From: Octopus vulgaris
Taxonomy: Eukaryota
Direction of reading: 5' to 3'
Length of the DNA: 64,000 bases
Assembly: GCA_951406725.2 (NCBI GenBank)
Contig: OX597817.1
Span: 20,398,001-20,462,000 of the forward strand
The notes under the pieces were generated by a model that worked only from the letters and a program-made list of their open reading frames with translations, was not told the origin of the DNA and did no database searches. Made by a program: the position numbers and the translations under genes. The stretch's first letter is position 1, and the number at the start of each line of letters is the position of its first letter. This document shows, piece by piece, positions 14,571 through 28,331 of the stretch.

Positions 14571-16611
14571 GTGAATATTAAGTCGAGAAAAGCTAGAAAA
14601 ATCAAGCAAAAATATAAAATCAAAGACCTCATAAACCTCCCTGCAACTAAGGAATTGTTGAAACAACGGATACAGTTGAAAGCCCAACGGCTTAGAAGGT
14701 ATGACAAAAGAAACAAATTTTATCGAAAAAATAATTTTTTAAAGACAGATGCAAAGAAATTGGAAAAAATAAAATACACATAGAAGATCCACCTAACATT
14801 GAGGAAGTGGAGGAGTTCTGGAAGAAGGTATGGAGCAACGAAAAAGAGTTTAATGCTGAGGGTGACTGGATAGAACGTGAGAAAGAGAGACTGGATGAAC
14901 TTGAAGAACAAAAATGGGAAGCAATAGGAACAGAGGAGCTAAGGTGTGTCCTTAAGAAGGCTCATAAATGGAAAACCCCAGGACTGGATCGGATCCCTAA
15001 CTTCTGGCTGAATTGTTTGACAGAGGTACACGAAAATCTGACTGCATCTCTGTCTGATGTCATTCAGAACCCAGAGCAAATACCTGCTTGACTAACTGAA
15101 GTAACCACATACCTATTACCTAAAACCGAAGACAAAAAAAACCCAAAGAATTACCGGCCAATAACACGTCTCAACACCACCTACAAAATCCTCACATCCA
15201 TAATAACGGAATGTACGCTTTCCTTGAACAAAACTCTATCCTTCAACAAGCTCAAAAAGGTTTTAAAAGAAACTCTTATGGGTGCAAATACTAATTGCTC
15301 ATAAACAGAATGGTTGTAGGGAATTGCCGGAGCAAAAAGCCAAAAACCTGCGTATGGCATGGATAGACTACAGGAGAGCGTTTGACAGTGTCCCACATAA
15401 ATGAATACTCAAGGCCCTTGAGCTATACAAGATCTCTGCTGTCGCCTCAAAATTCCTACAGAATAGCATGACCATGTGGAACACACGTCTCTTTCTAAGC
15501 CATAGTAATGGAATGAGCCAGTCCAATAGCATCAACATCAAACGAGGCATCTTTCAAGGTGACTCCCTCTCTCCATTACTTTTTTGCATGGCACTGATCC
15601 CACTCTCAAACGAAATGGATAATACCAGATATGGGTACAAAGTTTTTAGTAAGTCAATAAACCACCTTTTCTATATGGACGACCTAAAACTGTTTGCCAG
15701 GAATGACCATGAGCTAGAATATATTCTCCGAAGCCAAAATGCTGATGTAGACCAAGCAACAACTCATCAGTAGCTGAAGAGTTCAGGATTGAAAGCAGAA
15801 ACTGAAGGCTTCATACTGGCAGCACAAGATCAAAGCTTGTTTACCAGAAATTACCAGGCTAGCGTTCTCCGAAACGGTACTGACACTAAATGCAGATTCT
15901 ACGACACATTTGACGAAACAATAGACCATCTCCTTTCCGGATGTCCTGTGCTGACACCAAACGAATACAAAAATTGCCACGATAGGGTAGGACAGTATAT
16001 ACATTGGAAGATATGTAAACACTACAAATTCGGCACTCCTGCTAACTGGTATGAACATCATCCTCAGCCAGTTGTTGAAGGTAAAAATGTCACCATCCTC
16101 TGGGATTTTCCAGTCAACACTGACAAAACGATCAAGGCTACTCGACCAGACATAATTGTTAAAGACAGGGAAGAAAATACCTGCAGACTAATAGAGGTAA
16201 GCGTCCACACTGATAACAATATATATGTAAAGGTATTCGACAAACTTAGTAAATACAAGGACCTGGAAATCGAAATACAAAAGATGTGGAATCTTAAAAC
16301 AAAAACTGTTCCTGTTATTGTACGTGCCCTGGGTATGATAAAAAAAGGGATGTCAGAAACACCTAGACAATATCCCTGGAGTACCATGTCTCAATGAAAT
16401 CCAAAAGATTGTGCTAACAAGTACTGCTCACATCCTTAGAAAAACCCTATCAATGTAAATGTTTGCGTTGTATTACATGGAGATATTTCTCTACTTCCCC
16501 TCCCCAAGCTTTCAGCTATATTTCAACAACTCTTAACCTTCACTTGCCCTAGGGCGCTGGGTGTGTCCCGGCAAGTGATTGCATCAAACATGCAGATTAA
16601 AAGTAAATGAC
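14571..16611 (+). mobile_element. R4/Dong-type element with internal deletion
   Basis: WKTPGLDRIPNFW, RGIFQGDSLSPLLF, HLFYMDDLKL, LKAETEGFILAAQDQ, degenerate zinc knuckle CRFYDTFDETIDHLLSGC, RPDII..LIEVS..KY; (AAT)n flanks. Confidence 0.92.
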
Positions 16612-16670
<59 letters not shown>

Positions 16671-16678
16671 TAATAATA

Positions 16679-16752
<74 letters not shown>
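16612..16752. repeat. (AAT)n microsatellite
   Basis: Directly visible. Confidence 0.95.
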
Positions 16753-16753
<1 letters not shown>

Positions 16754-17562
16754 GCCGAAGAGGAGGAGCGCCTGCCTTGACAGCGGCTGTACGTGTTCTT
16801 CGCTGCTCTGACCATTCATTAGCCGAAATCTATAGAAACACTTATATGGACCAGCGGGACAACGGGGTAAATAACTTTCAAAGACTGGAATACCTACAAT
16901 ATCCTGTGAGTATTTAAAATTCCCTTCAAAATAAATTAAGAAATCTACAAATTTACATATCTACAGTTTTCAAACACAAAAATGATCAGCTTTAAAAACT
17001 TTATTATCCACAACTGCTGTGAATACTCATCCTTTCCTACGTAAACATCCGTTTTTGTCTTTCTACTTACTAAAAACATCACGCTTTTCTTTGTGTGGAC
17101 TTACAAAAGACTATCTTTAGTGAATCTTAAAACTTTCCGGGAAAATTTAACTTTTCTTTCCCTCCTCCCTGAATATTCAAAAATATATGTAAGCATCGTT
17201 TTTATTGCAAAAACACAACTGTTTTCTCTAACTGGACCTATAAACAAACATCTCTAGAAAGGTCAACTCCAATCACTAAAATATTACCTTTATTTTCTCC
17301 CTGACTTCCCGAAATATGCAAACATACTTTTTATTGCAATAACAGAAATGCACATGGAAAAAAATAATGATACTAATAATAGATTCTCTCTGGTCGAACA
17401 CAACTCTATTCACAAATAATACAAAACAGAGTAAGTCGGCCCTTCCTTAATTTTTCTTACGGTCAATGTCACTGTACTCTGCTAGTTGTAGTAGACATTT
17501 GAACTCTTTTTGACCGATTGGTCCCTATCACATTTAAAAAAAAAAATTACATGAGCCACACT

Positions 17563-17621
<59 letters not shown>

Positions 17622-17659
17622 TTACTACTACTACTAGTATTACTACTGCTGCTGCTGCA

Positions 17660-17719
<60 letters not shown>

Positions 17720-17720
<1 letters not shown>

Positions 17721-18230
17721 GAAAACGTGGGTGTTGATATCAAGTAAAGAAATATAATGGGTGTGACAAAAGAAAAGATCCAATGTGGAAAATAAGAATA
17801 TAAGGAAGGGTTAGATATGCTCTCTAAGAAAATTTCTACGTGAGACAAAAACAAGAATGGGGAATTTAAAAGCGAACAAAAATACAGGGTGCTGAGAAAG
17901 AAGTATAATATTGAATGAAAGGGCCTGAAAGTGGTAATGGAAGAACTGAAACAGCGCCTCGTTGCAAAGAAAGCAAAGATGGTAAGATACGACCAAAGAA
18001 TGAATGGTTAACCTCAGAATAGGATATTCAGAGTAGATCAGAATAGATTTTATAAAGAAATAAATGAAATGAACAGATGAAAATTTGATACCAGATAATA
18101 CTGCGAGTCAGAGGTTTTGGAGTGACATCTGGAGCAAAGACAAGAAGCACAGGAAGGATGGGATATTGAATGGTTGCAAGGACTGAAACAAACAGTAGTC
18201 TGTCCACAAGCCGAACTAGTCATTCCAGTT
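17720..18230 (+). mobile_element. R4/Dong-type pre-RT fragment
   Basis: EELKQRLVAKKAKMVRYDQR..QNRIFRVDQNRFYKEIN..FWSDIW, homologous to 14650-14830; follows a (CTA)n tract. Confidence 0.75.
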
Positions 18231-19079
18231 AGTGTATGTCTGTATATATGTATATACATGTGTGTGTGTTCATGTGCGTGTGTGAGTGTTTGTGCGAGCG
18301 ACTTTGTGCAAATATATTGGCATATGCATAGCTATTTGTGTTAAGCTTTGCTTAAAAAGAAAAGGTCAGAATGCATATTACTCTCCATTTTGCGATCTTT
18401 CAAATACATTTAATGGCTGGATAACGATTTTCTTAGCATCTATATGGAATAAGCTCTCGAAATATGAATGAGAATGTAACGTATGTCATAGGGGTGTCAC
18501 GGCATAGAAACATTCAAAATGATATTGCGTGACAATGCTCATAGTTAGTAATAATAATTGTGTTTCATTTAGATATCAGGCAAACAGTTTTGGGGAGACC
18601 GAATTGTAATATTCCATCACACCCAATACTTGTCTAGTACACTATTTCATCTTTCTCGGGAGAGTAAAATGCAAGATTGGTAGCAGATCTCAAATTATTC
18701 GGCTATTTTGCTGTATAATATTAGAAAATAAATACTTAGAAATTCATCAGACGAGCTGATCCTTGTTCATTCATCTGGCTCTATAAAACCTGAATTCTAG
18801 TCTAAGATGATCGAATTTGGCTTTTATCTCTCCAGTAAGTAGAAAATGTAGCATAATTCTTATATTGGAGTCGATCTAATACATTAGTTTGCAATCTGTG
18901 TTGTTAGGTTCCCGTGGAAATCCAAGTGTATATTGGTTGATTTTGAGCAGAATTACAAAATCTCAAAATGCTTCAGTGTAATGTTTTATTTACTCAGTTA
19001 CAGACTGATGATATATATCTAGAGGGAGACTAATGTTAGTTTCAATTACGATTCAATGTCAGCAATTTCGGGTGAGATC

Positions 19080-19245
19080 TAGTCCATTACACACTCAAGT
19101 CCTCGGCTTTTAATTATTCTCTCGGCCTTGAAATTATGAAAGGCAAAGTCGACTTTGGCGGAACGTGAACTCAGAGCAAGAGACGGAAAAACTGCCGCAA
19201 GTTGTGTGCCCGATGTGCTAAATATTCCAGACAGCCAGACCACCT
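19080..19245 (-). mobile_element. Degenerate family A SINE (older relics also at ~18560-18880 and ~19910-20130)
   Basis: ATGAAAGGCAAAGTCGACTTTGGCGGAACGTGAACTCAG matches the core at 3203-3240. Confidence 0.65.
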
Positions 19246-20759
19246 TGGAACTCCTCTGTCCCATACATATCATATTGATTGACGAGTAGAAATATTGTAA
19301 ATCTTTCAGTAATGTTGAACGGAAAATTTCCTTTTCGGTGTATGAGAAGAGAATATCTGAAAACTGGTCGAGTCTCCAGAAATCTTCATTTTGCATGTAC
19401 AGAATTTTGTATAGATGAATTCAGTTCCATTTCGCCAATATAGAAAACACGTAAATCCGCAAATTGCAATCGGCATGGAAATTCTACGATTCTTCACATA
19501 TAAGAAACAGGTACAAACATTTCATTATACTTTATTTTTAAAATATGATTGATTACGATTGTTTGGTATTTTGTTTTCTTAAATTACATTTGCATTTCCT
19601 GTATTGTATTTTATAGATTGGTTCTGAGTTTAACATATTCATCTATATTTCTGTAATTGATAGAATGTTTTGAAAAATCAATATAAGAATCTTCTTGTCC
19701 GCCTATGTATAAGATATCAATGTGAAAATGGAGGTCATAGAATAAGGTGAGAAGAAATCGTTTAACATCAAGTTTTAGTTCTAACGTATATTAAATTACA
19801 AATAACGGTGATTAATATATTTGTTAACAGAATGCATTATACAGTGTTTTGTTTAGGAGTACAGGTTTGTAAATAGATAAACCCTCATTGGGATTTCTAC
19901 ATACATAGAATGAGCAGAAGTGTCAGACCTTCAGATGAAATGCCTTACATAATATATTCCTGAGTCATTGTTTCTTCATTCAAATCCTCCCGAGTTCAAC
20001 CTGACTCCCAGTCTTATGAGCCGGTAAGTATGAAACCCATCTTGAGAAGTGTACTAGCGAAAACATTTAGGAAATTTGGCAGGACAGCTTGCAATATTGT
20101 ACGGTTTTCTTTTGTATTCCGCATTCAAAATTTAAAATAGCCTACTATGGAGGGAGAATAACACATCGTTCAATGTGAGTGCACTCCTTCACTCTTAAGT
20201 GTGTTAGAGGACTCCAGTTACTTCCATGTATTGATTATACCAAGTACTGTATACATATCATTTGTTGTGGCATGGTAGCAATTAGGTAGAAAGTAAGAAT
20301 ATTGTGGGTTGCTCTAATACTGAAATGATATGAAAATATAAGCATTCGCTATAATTAATTTAAACATGATTTTCTGATTAGCTAAATTATGTGGTAAATA
20401 TGTAAATAAAATTTTAATAAAACATTTCAGCATTACGAAAAAGAATGTAGAATTCTTCAAGAGTCGACGTCTGTAATACGTAAAATGTAGTTGTACAAAT
20501 GATAATGTTTTTCAGATACTCATTTTATATGATGAATCCCAATATTTTTATTTATAAATATTTAAGTGGGCTAACTAATTAAAATGATGATGTACATAAA
20601 AGTATTATCATGATATTATTGAGTCCAACATTTAACAAAATGAAAATCGGGTTCAAAGTTTGTGGGAAATTTTATTGTAGTGAAGATAAAGAAAGATACA
20701 AATACTATTCGAAGAAAATGACTCGGGATAGCAATTCTATGTCTTAGAGGATATTTCAA

Positions 20760-21290
20760 TTGGCATCCATCAATAGAAAAGGTATTTCAACATTTCTGCT
20801 GAATGAGAGTAGATGGGGCGTATACCAAGTGACAAAACAGCAGGCATCACAGTGGAAGTTGCAGCAGTCACCAAGATCAAGCAAAGTGCGTCCTAATTTA
20901 TAGTGTTTGCCATCTTCTTTTTGAATCCAAAGAGCATCGTTTACTAGTTATTTTCTGTTTTGCAATCCTCTCAAGTTAAACTGTTTGTGTGACTGTACAA
21001 CAGAATATGGAGAATACGTTTAAAATGTTGGAGCAACAGCAATTAGCTTTTGTACCATATCACGTACTCCCCCACCCATCCCTCATGACGACTCATGACG
21101 ATTTTCACAAGGAGATAACTTTGATTACTTCTGATCAACAATACTCGCTTGGAATACCTGCATGTAACATCATGATGTGTGTGTGACAGAAAATACCTAG
21201 CTTCATTTCTCAAAAAAAACCCAAAAAAACTAGATCATAAGGATGAATATAGAACAAATTTGCTTTCTGAGGAGGACTAACAGTAAGTAT
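20760..21290 (+). mobile_element. Very decayed mariner-like transposase relic
   Basis: Weak motifs resembling KARQVRSNVK..FFDSKGIV and QQYSLGIPAC (HPPYSPDLAPC-like). Confidence 0.4.
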
Positions 21291-21718
21291 TATTGCGGAC
21301 CTGACATTTCAGCTGAAACTGCAACCGTTTATATTTAGTGGTATTTTATTGGATAGGGACATTATCAGAGAATTCTACACGATATGTAACGACAATTCAT
21401 TTCCTCTGCAGGGAAAAGCTCAACAAAATATTATATAAAGTAGATTTCCAGACTGATATTTCATTTCCTTGCAATATCTCGAAAGATTTCCGTTGTTAAA
21501 GCTGATTTCTGAATGACAAAGGAAGGACTGTAATGTCAGTTCCACTGCAACGTACTCACACGTTTGTTTACTTAGTTCTGTTGTTGCAGATTAGTTAGCA
21601 TCAAATTACATTATATGTAAAAGTAGCGTGCTTTTGTATATTAGACGCATATCACTGTAGAATCAATGAAGTGAGTATTGTGGTATATGTATATATCCAA
21701 CATATTTAATATCCCCCA

Positions 21719-21769
<51 letters not shown>

Positions 21770-21770
<1 letters not shown>

Positions 21771-21995
21771 TCTTTTACTCTTTTACTTGTTTCAGTCATT
21801 TGACTGCGGCCATGCTGGAGCACCGCCTTTAGTCGAGCAAATCGACCCCGAGACTTATTTTTTGTAAGCCCAGTACTTATTATATCGGTCTCTTTTGCCG
21901 AACCGCTAAGTGACGGGGACGTAAACACACACCAGCATCGGTTGTCAAGCAATGCTAGGGGACAAACACAGACACACAAACACACACACATATAC

Positions 21996-22055
<60 letters not shown>

Positions 22056-22218
22056 GACAGGCTTCTTTCAGTTTCCGTCTACCAAATCCACTCACAAGGC
22101 ATTGGTCGGCCCGGGGCTATAGCAGAAGACACTTGGCCAAGATGCCACGCAGTGGATTGAACCCAGAACCATGTGGTTGGTTAGCAAGCTACTTACCACA
22201 CAGCCACTCCTGCGCCTA
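21770..22218 (-). mobile_element. tRNA-derived SINE (family C) with internal (TA)n/(TG)n tract
   Basis: Minus head TAGGCGCAGGAGTGGCTGTGTGGTAAG..GGGTTCAATCC; (GTAAAAGA)n tail; homologous to 31390-31800 and 55130-55400. Confidence 0.88.
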
Positions 22219-22282
22219 TATATATATATATAGAGATGTCTGTACGCATGTATGTATACATGTATTTATTTACGTATGTATA

Positions 22283-22373
22283 TACATCTCTTCTGTATAA
22301 AATCATTTAAATTCTTTATCTGAAGACCTTCTTCAGATAAAGAATTTAAATGATTTTATACAGAAGAGATGTA
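22283..22373. repeat. Perfect 44-bp inverted repeat with 3-nt loop
   Basis: 22283-22326 is the exact reverse complement of 22330-22373; loop CCT. Confidence 0.93.
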
Positions 22374-22426
22374 CATACATACATACATACATACATACAT
22401 ACATGCATACATACATACATACATAC

Positions 22427-22900
22427 GGCTCGTTCCTAACAAAGATACGCAACTCCATTATTGAAATGTTGGTAACGAAAACAATGTCACACTTCAAACC
22501 TGAGAAAAACCTTCCGTAGTTTTACTGTTCCGATTAGAGATTGTAATTGTAAGGTGCGCATCAGTTGGTCGATATCTTTTTTCTGAAAATCCAAGCTCAT
22601 CCAGACTGAGAGTTAGGCATTTACTTACCAAAACAAGTACTTCAATTATTATTGGCGTAAATGTAAATTTGTAATCCGGACATAGAAGCTAAAGATTTCG
22701 AAACAGTTGCTCATAATTATCTTCGTTCTCTTTCTTTTCAGTTATTGCCAATTGATAAGACTCGTATAAAGAACGAATATGAGTTCCATCGCCTGAGATT
22801 TGAAACCGTAGAATTACTGGTCGCAATGTCACCCGCGAAATCATTTTGTGGAGGGAAAATTTTCTTTGTCCTGTCAATTAGAACAATGATTGCATTCTGG
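22427..22900 (-). mobile_element. 3' end of a distinct RLE-type non-LTR element
   Basis: EKKENEDNYEQLFRNL*LLCPDYKFTFTPIII..LDELGF..LQLQSLIGTVKLRKVFLRF; ends against a (TATG)n tract. Confidence 0.6.
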
Positions 22901-23019
22901 CGTTTTTGCTGAGATTTTTCTTGAGAACACACTCTTCGTCGTAAGGTGATTTGACGTCAATCTTTAGCATATTAGGAATCCATTTTAGTGGTAATTCCTC
23001 TTTAATTGCAATAAATTGT

Positions 23020-23830
23020 TTCAATCTTCGGGCTTGCTGTTTCAGTAGATTTAAGAATTAAGATAGTTTTCTCTTCCGTGAGACGTTGGCGCTAGTTCTA
23101 CTAGTGTTTCATTACCTTTATCAGCCAGCGTTTTATGTATTTCTGTTAGATAATCTAACCAGATTTAGGGGATCTTCAGCGTGGGCGCATTCCAACTGCT
23201 TAGTTTTTGCAGTGTCCTTTCAGTTGTTATAGGAATGAAGAGCGGTTCAGGTGTTGTGCTTGTTGTTTTGATGCACATTTCCTGAAGTGGTTCCTTCGCC
23301 GACCGTATTTCTTTAGAAAATTCTTTCACTTCTTCTGTTGGTGCTTGTTGTAGAGAAAATGGTACTCCCCTAGCCACGTGACAAATTTGTATGAGATGGC
23401 ACTATAAAAAATCAGTCAGTCGTTGTAGGAAGTAGTATCTCAGTTTGAGTCAGTGTCAGTTTTGTATTATATACGAGTTCGAGTTACCGTAAAGGTAGCT
23501 GTTTCAAGGTCATTGTCTTGCAGAGCTAGCAACGATAGCACGATATACATGTCAAAAATAATTAGAGGGGTAATACCACCACAGCATAATAGTGGCGACA
23601 ACACATTTACAGAGCCGACAATAACATACAGGTGGACGAGGATCCACATTATAACAGTGCTGCGTCAATTGCTGTTTCATTTTTCCCATGGTCTTGGTAG
23701 AATATTTTGGTGTTGGAGTTGAACTGTTTGTTTTGTTCAAAGAAACGATGGCGTTTCTCACACCAGCGGAATCTTTGTGCTTTGACTAGTATATCTTGCT
23801 TTAGCTGGTCTATTACCTCAGGTACACCTT
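23020..23830 (-). mobile_element. Decayed R4/Dong-type fragment split by a solo LTR
   Basis: FFEQNKQFNSNTKIFY..IDAAPTEEVKEF (continuous once the LTR and one TSD are removed)..WNAP..KTILILKSTETASPK. Confidence 0.7.
23346..23656. mobile_element. Solo LTR (311 bp) with 5-bp TSD
   Basis: Termini TGTT..AACA; GTGCT duplicated at 23341-23345 and 23657-23661; removal restores the host reading frame. Confidence 0.85.
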
Positions 23831-24900
23831 GTGTTACAAGAATGTGTTTTCCTTGGAAAGTAATGTAAAGGATTTTATTCGAGTATATAGATTCGAATCT
23901 GACTCTATAGTATTCCCCATAGCATTACAATGGCATTTTCTCATTGAAAAGCAATAGTTGGCAGCAGAGATACTCAAAGTAACAATAAGTAATATTTCTC
24001 ACCGACGCATCTATGTATATTACATATTTGAATTTGAGCAGGTTAAGTAAAAAAAAATACCTAGAGGTTATGAGTTATCGAGGTTAAATAAGATGATTGG
24101 GACCCCAAAAGATTCATTCGTTACCATAATGGAAACGTGTAGTAAGTCCAAAACGTTACTTTTCCAGAAAACGAAAAAATAGTTTCAGCATTCCATAGCA
24201 AAATTGTTGTACCACACTTTGACAATTCTTGATACCTTAATATCTGAAGCAGCTGGAGATACGATAGTTTGACCAAATGAACAGACTATTGCAAGCGAAA
24301 GTAAATATTGTAGAAGCGCATTTGGCCAAATTTGGGCATACGACAATTTAACATAATAGCAAGGATATGATGTTTGAAATAATCAATTAATACTGTTCTG
24401 TTATACCCTGGAAGCCATATATATTTTTTTTGTATTTTGAGAATAGGGACGAGTAATCATTTTTAAGAATGATCACAAACACATTCTGATTGCTTACAGA
24501 ATTAAAATAATATTTAGGCCATTACAATATTTAGTGATTTGAAAGTAAAGAGAAGATATCATGTTGCACAGTGAGCATTGTCTGTCTAATATCTGAGAGA
24601 GAGAAAAATATGAACAGTATTTAAATAGACGAACATTGGATTTCTGGTTTTGTTGGACTTATTTATATGTGCATCTCTTTGTGTAGGTATGTATACGCAT
24701 GTGAATATGTGTGAGAGTATGTCTGCATGCGTATGTATATGTTTGTGTGTATTAACAGCATGAGTTTGTGCCTCTACTTCTTGAAAACATTGCATATTGC
24801 TGGTACAAGTTTTGTCACATCATGTAGTAAATCGCACATGGTACTTTAACACACACACGCATATATGTATACTTTATGGAGGTTCTGTCTGTTAATTCTT

Positions 24901-25065
<165 letters not shown>

Positions 25066-25439
25066 AATGTGAGCACTGAACGCTTCCTTTCTGCAACAAT
25101 ATCAGTTTCCGCTGCTCCGAAAAGTCTAATGAAGCTTTTTTTACAGAAATGTTGAAATTACGTCCTCTAAAGTAGAACACACAAAACCACATAACACTAA
25201 CAGGAACATAACGAAGAAAAACATATTTGAAGATCTAGTCTTTGTGTACCATAGTGAAAATATTCTAAACATTGAGCTAGAGCGGCTAGCAACTAGCTGT
25301 GAAAACAACCTACGAGTTTTGTATATCATAATTATGTTGTAATTGATACACATTATTATAATACATATATAACATTATATCCTTATATCATATATATATA
25401 GTATTATATTTCTGTAATACATATATAAAATATACGTAT

Positions 25440-25537
<98 letters not shown>

Positions 25538-25876
25538 TCTAATATGTTATAATCGATATACATTATATGTGAAAAATACAGTTATTGCGCATAAAATATA
25601 GATATATTTTAACCCTCGAAATTAAATATATGTTATCGATGCAGACTTTGAGAGAATATCTTAATTAACTTTACCTCCAGTATTTTCCAAAAGGAGGTCG
25701 ACTCATAGTAATTTTGGTGGACAATTTAAGTAGGTCATGTTCGACGCTACGTCTATTAGAACATGCTCACTTTTATCTTTGCGCAACGTCACTAAGTTCG
25801 TTCCATAGCTGCAAAGCTATTTCTGTTGTATTTGTAGTATATATATAATTGTTATTTTTTCTTCGATTGTAACATT

Positions 25877-25912
<36 letters not shown>

Positions 25913-26689
25913 CAGAAATGTAATACTATACTGCATGATATAATGACATACTATCGTATAATGTAATGATATAATAACATATATGTATTATAATAATGTG
26001 TATCAATTATTATTTTTTCTTCTGTTGTATATAGCCATAAGGTTTTGTGCTGTTATGTATGCATAATTATATGTCTGACTAAATATACGTTTGCTAGCTT
26101 TTTCCAGGTAGCTTAATAACAACACTGGGTCTTCCAAATTAAGTGCTCTCAATGATAATGGCGCGAAGACACTATGATATTTTGGGTTATTGACTGACAA
26201 AGATAGCTCAGCTGCGAATATTCTGTGTATCGTGTCTTTACACACACACACAGGCACATACACCCACACACACGCACACACAGAATAATGCATATTTGCT
26301 CCACGGACACAACTCCGTACACAACCCACGCATACACACAAACACACATACACACACAGAGTCACAGACACAGGCACACACTGCGAAAACACACACACAC
26401 AATATATATACATGCACGTACACCCACATACTATAAACTACAAGTTAATCACCCTTCTACTGACAATTCTCCTGCGCACATGTGAAGGAATACACACAAA
26501 AATAGCCACTGCTATCAAATTTTCTGACTATGAATTATTCTTACGATATTAAACGATACAAAGTCCACTCACACATACATACAAACAGCCAAAACCACAC
26601 ACACACATACTCACTTACACATGATATTATTACTCACACACACAGACCTGTGCGCACGCACATACTCACACATACACACACATATGTCC

Positions 26690-27750
26690 TTTTTCCAACT
26701 TTTTCTTCACCCATTCCCTTCCGGTCATTTCGAAATGTAACCACTTATATATCGTTGGCTATTTTCTCCCTCCGTATCCCCTTCCCTTGGACTTTTCTAT
26801 ATTTTTGAAGAAGAGCTTGGCTCGAATAGTTAAATCCTCTTTCCTTTCTTTCCTGAGCGTCTGATAATACAGTACTTGTACCATGTCCTCGCGTTATTGT
26901 TTTTTTTCTTCATTGTTCTTCCTTGTTTGGATTCACTATACACCGCACGCTCACAAGGATCCCGACATTCTGACTGACTCTAGAGTACCTAATTCACGGA
27001 ATACTTACTTCGGATTACTGTTCCGTTTCATTTGGATTAGGCCATTTCTGCAACTTGATTGGGAATCACTACATAATATTCATGACTCTTCTATTTTATT
27101 TCGTCCTCCTTCTACCTATCTTCCGTTCTATTTCCACTCTCCTCCTCTTTTCTTTTTCTCTTTTCATTTTGTCGTCACTAATAATATCTACACCGATATT
27201 CACACCCTCTCGCCACGCCTGACCTCCACTCTTTCCTCTAGCACCTTCAGTCCCTTCTTTACGGTTTTCTTTCCTACCCACCTCATTGCTTGCAACCCCT
27301 CAAAGAACTTTCTCACTTATGTTTTGAAAAAAACACCACCCTAGCCATCCTTCCTTAGCCCTTGTCTCCGCCATCACGTCACACTTTGTGGCTTCCTCTT
27401 GAAATTCCAGGCTACCTCCTATTCCTCTCACTTCATCGAGCCCACGCTCGCCCGCACTTCCCGCCTCCTCATCCGTGATACCATCCGTTCCAGCCGCACA
27501 TTCCTCCACTTCCTTGACCACCAAATCCCCAAGCTTACCTTCTCTTCTCCTCCTTCTGTCCTCCACCCTTCACCCAACCCATTTTCCGCTTCCGTCTTAA
27601 TCTCAATCACCAACTCCACAATTTCTTCACACACACAAAAACAAAAACTCCACCACATCCCCAACTGTTCCCCATTCCACTCCCGCATCTACCACGCCCT
27701 TCCCTCTGTACCCTCCACACGCCCACACACACCCTTCCGAAAACATATTT
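26690..27750 (+). mobile_element. Penelope-like element relic (pLTR with decayed hammerhead, then ORF N-terminus)
   Basis: TTGAAGA-AGAGC-TTG-GCTC-GAAT near 26805-26830; C-rich ORF relic LSPCLRHHVTLCGFLLKFQ..SRLLIRDTIR resembling PLE N-termini. Confidence 0.5.
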
Positions 27751-28279
27751 AATTGCAGAACAAGATCAATGGCTTCCCATCAGAAATAACCAAAAACACG
27801 TAATGGAAATAAATACAATAAGAAACTACAGAATATATGGTGATGAAGAAGAAACAATGAATAATATTGTCTCTGGCTAAGAAAGAATATATTCACATGC
27901 ACGACAGAGTTGGGACCTTCATACACTGGAAACTATACTAACAATATGCTAACAATATGGAATAACAACAGAAAAAGATGGTATAGTCACAAGCTAGAAA
28001 AGATCACAGAAAATGAAAAACCACGCCAATACACATAGATGGAGAAGTTAAAGCCAATATGACGGATATATTTGTCAGAGATCACCTGGAAGAAAATGCT
28101 TTCTAATCAAAGTACCAATAGCAAAATATGACTACGTTACCCCGAAAGAAACGAAGAAACTTTCAAAATACAGAGATCTGGAGACAGAGTCTAAAAGAAG
28201 AAACAGTTCCTGTTATATTAGGTGCATTATGTATGATGAAAAAATATTCAGACATCTACATAACAATAACACCAGGACT

Positions 28280-28322
<43 letters not shown>

Positions 28323-28331
<9 letters not shown>

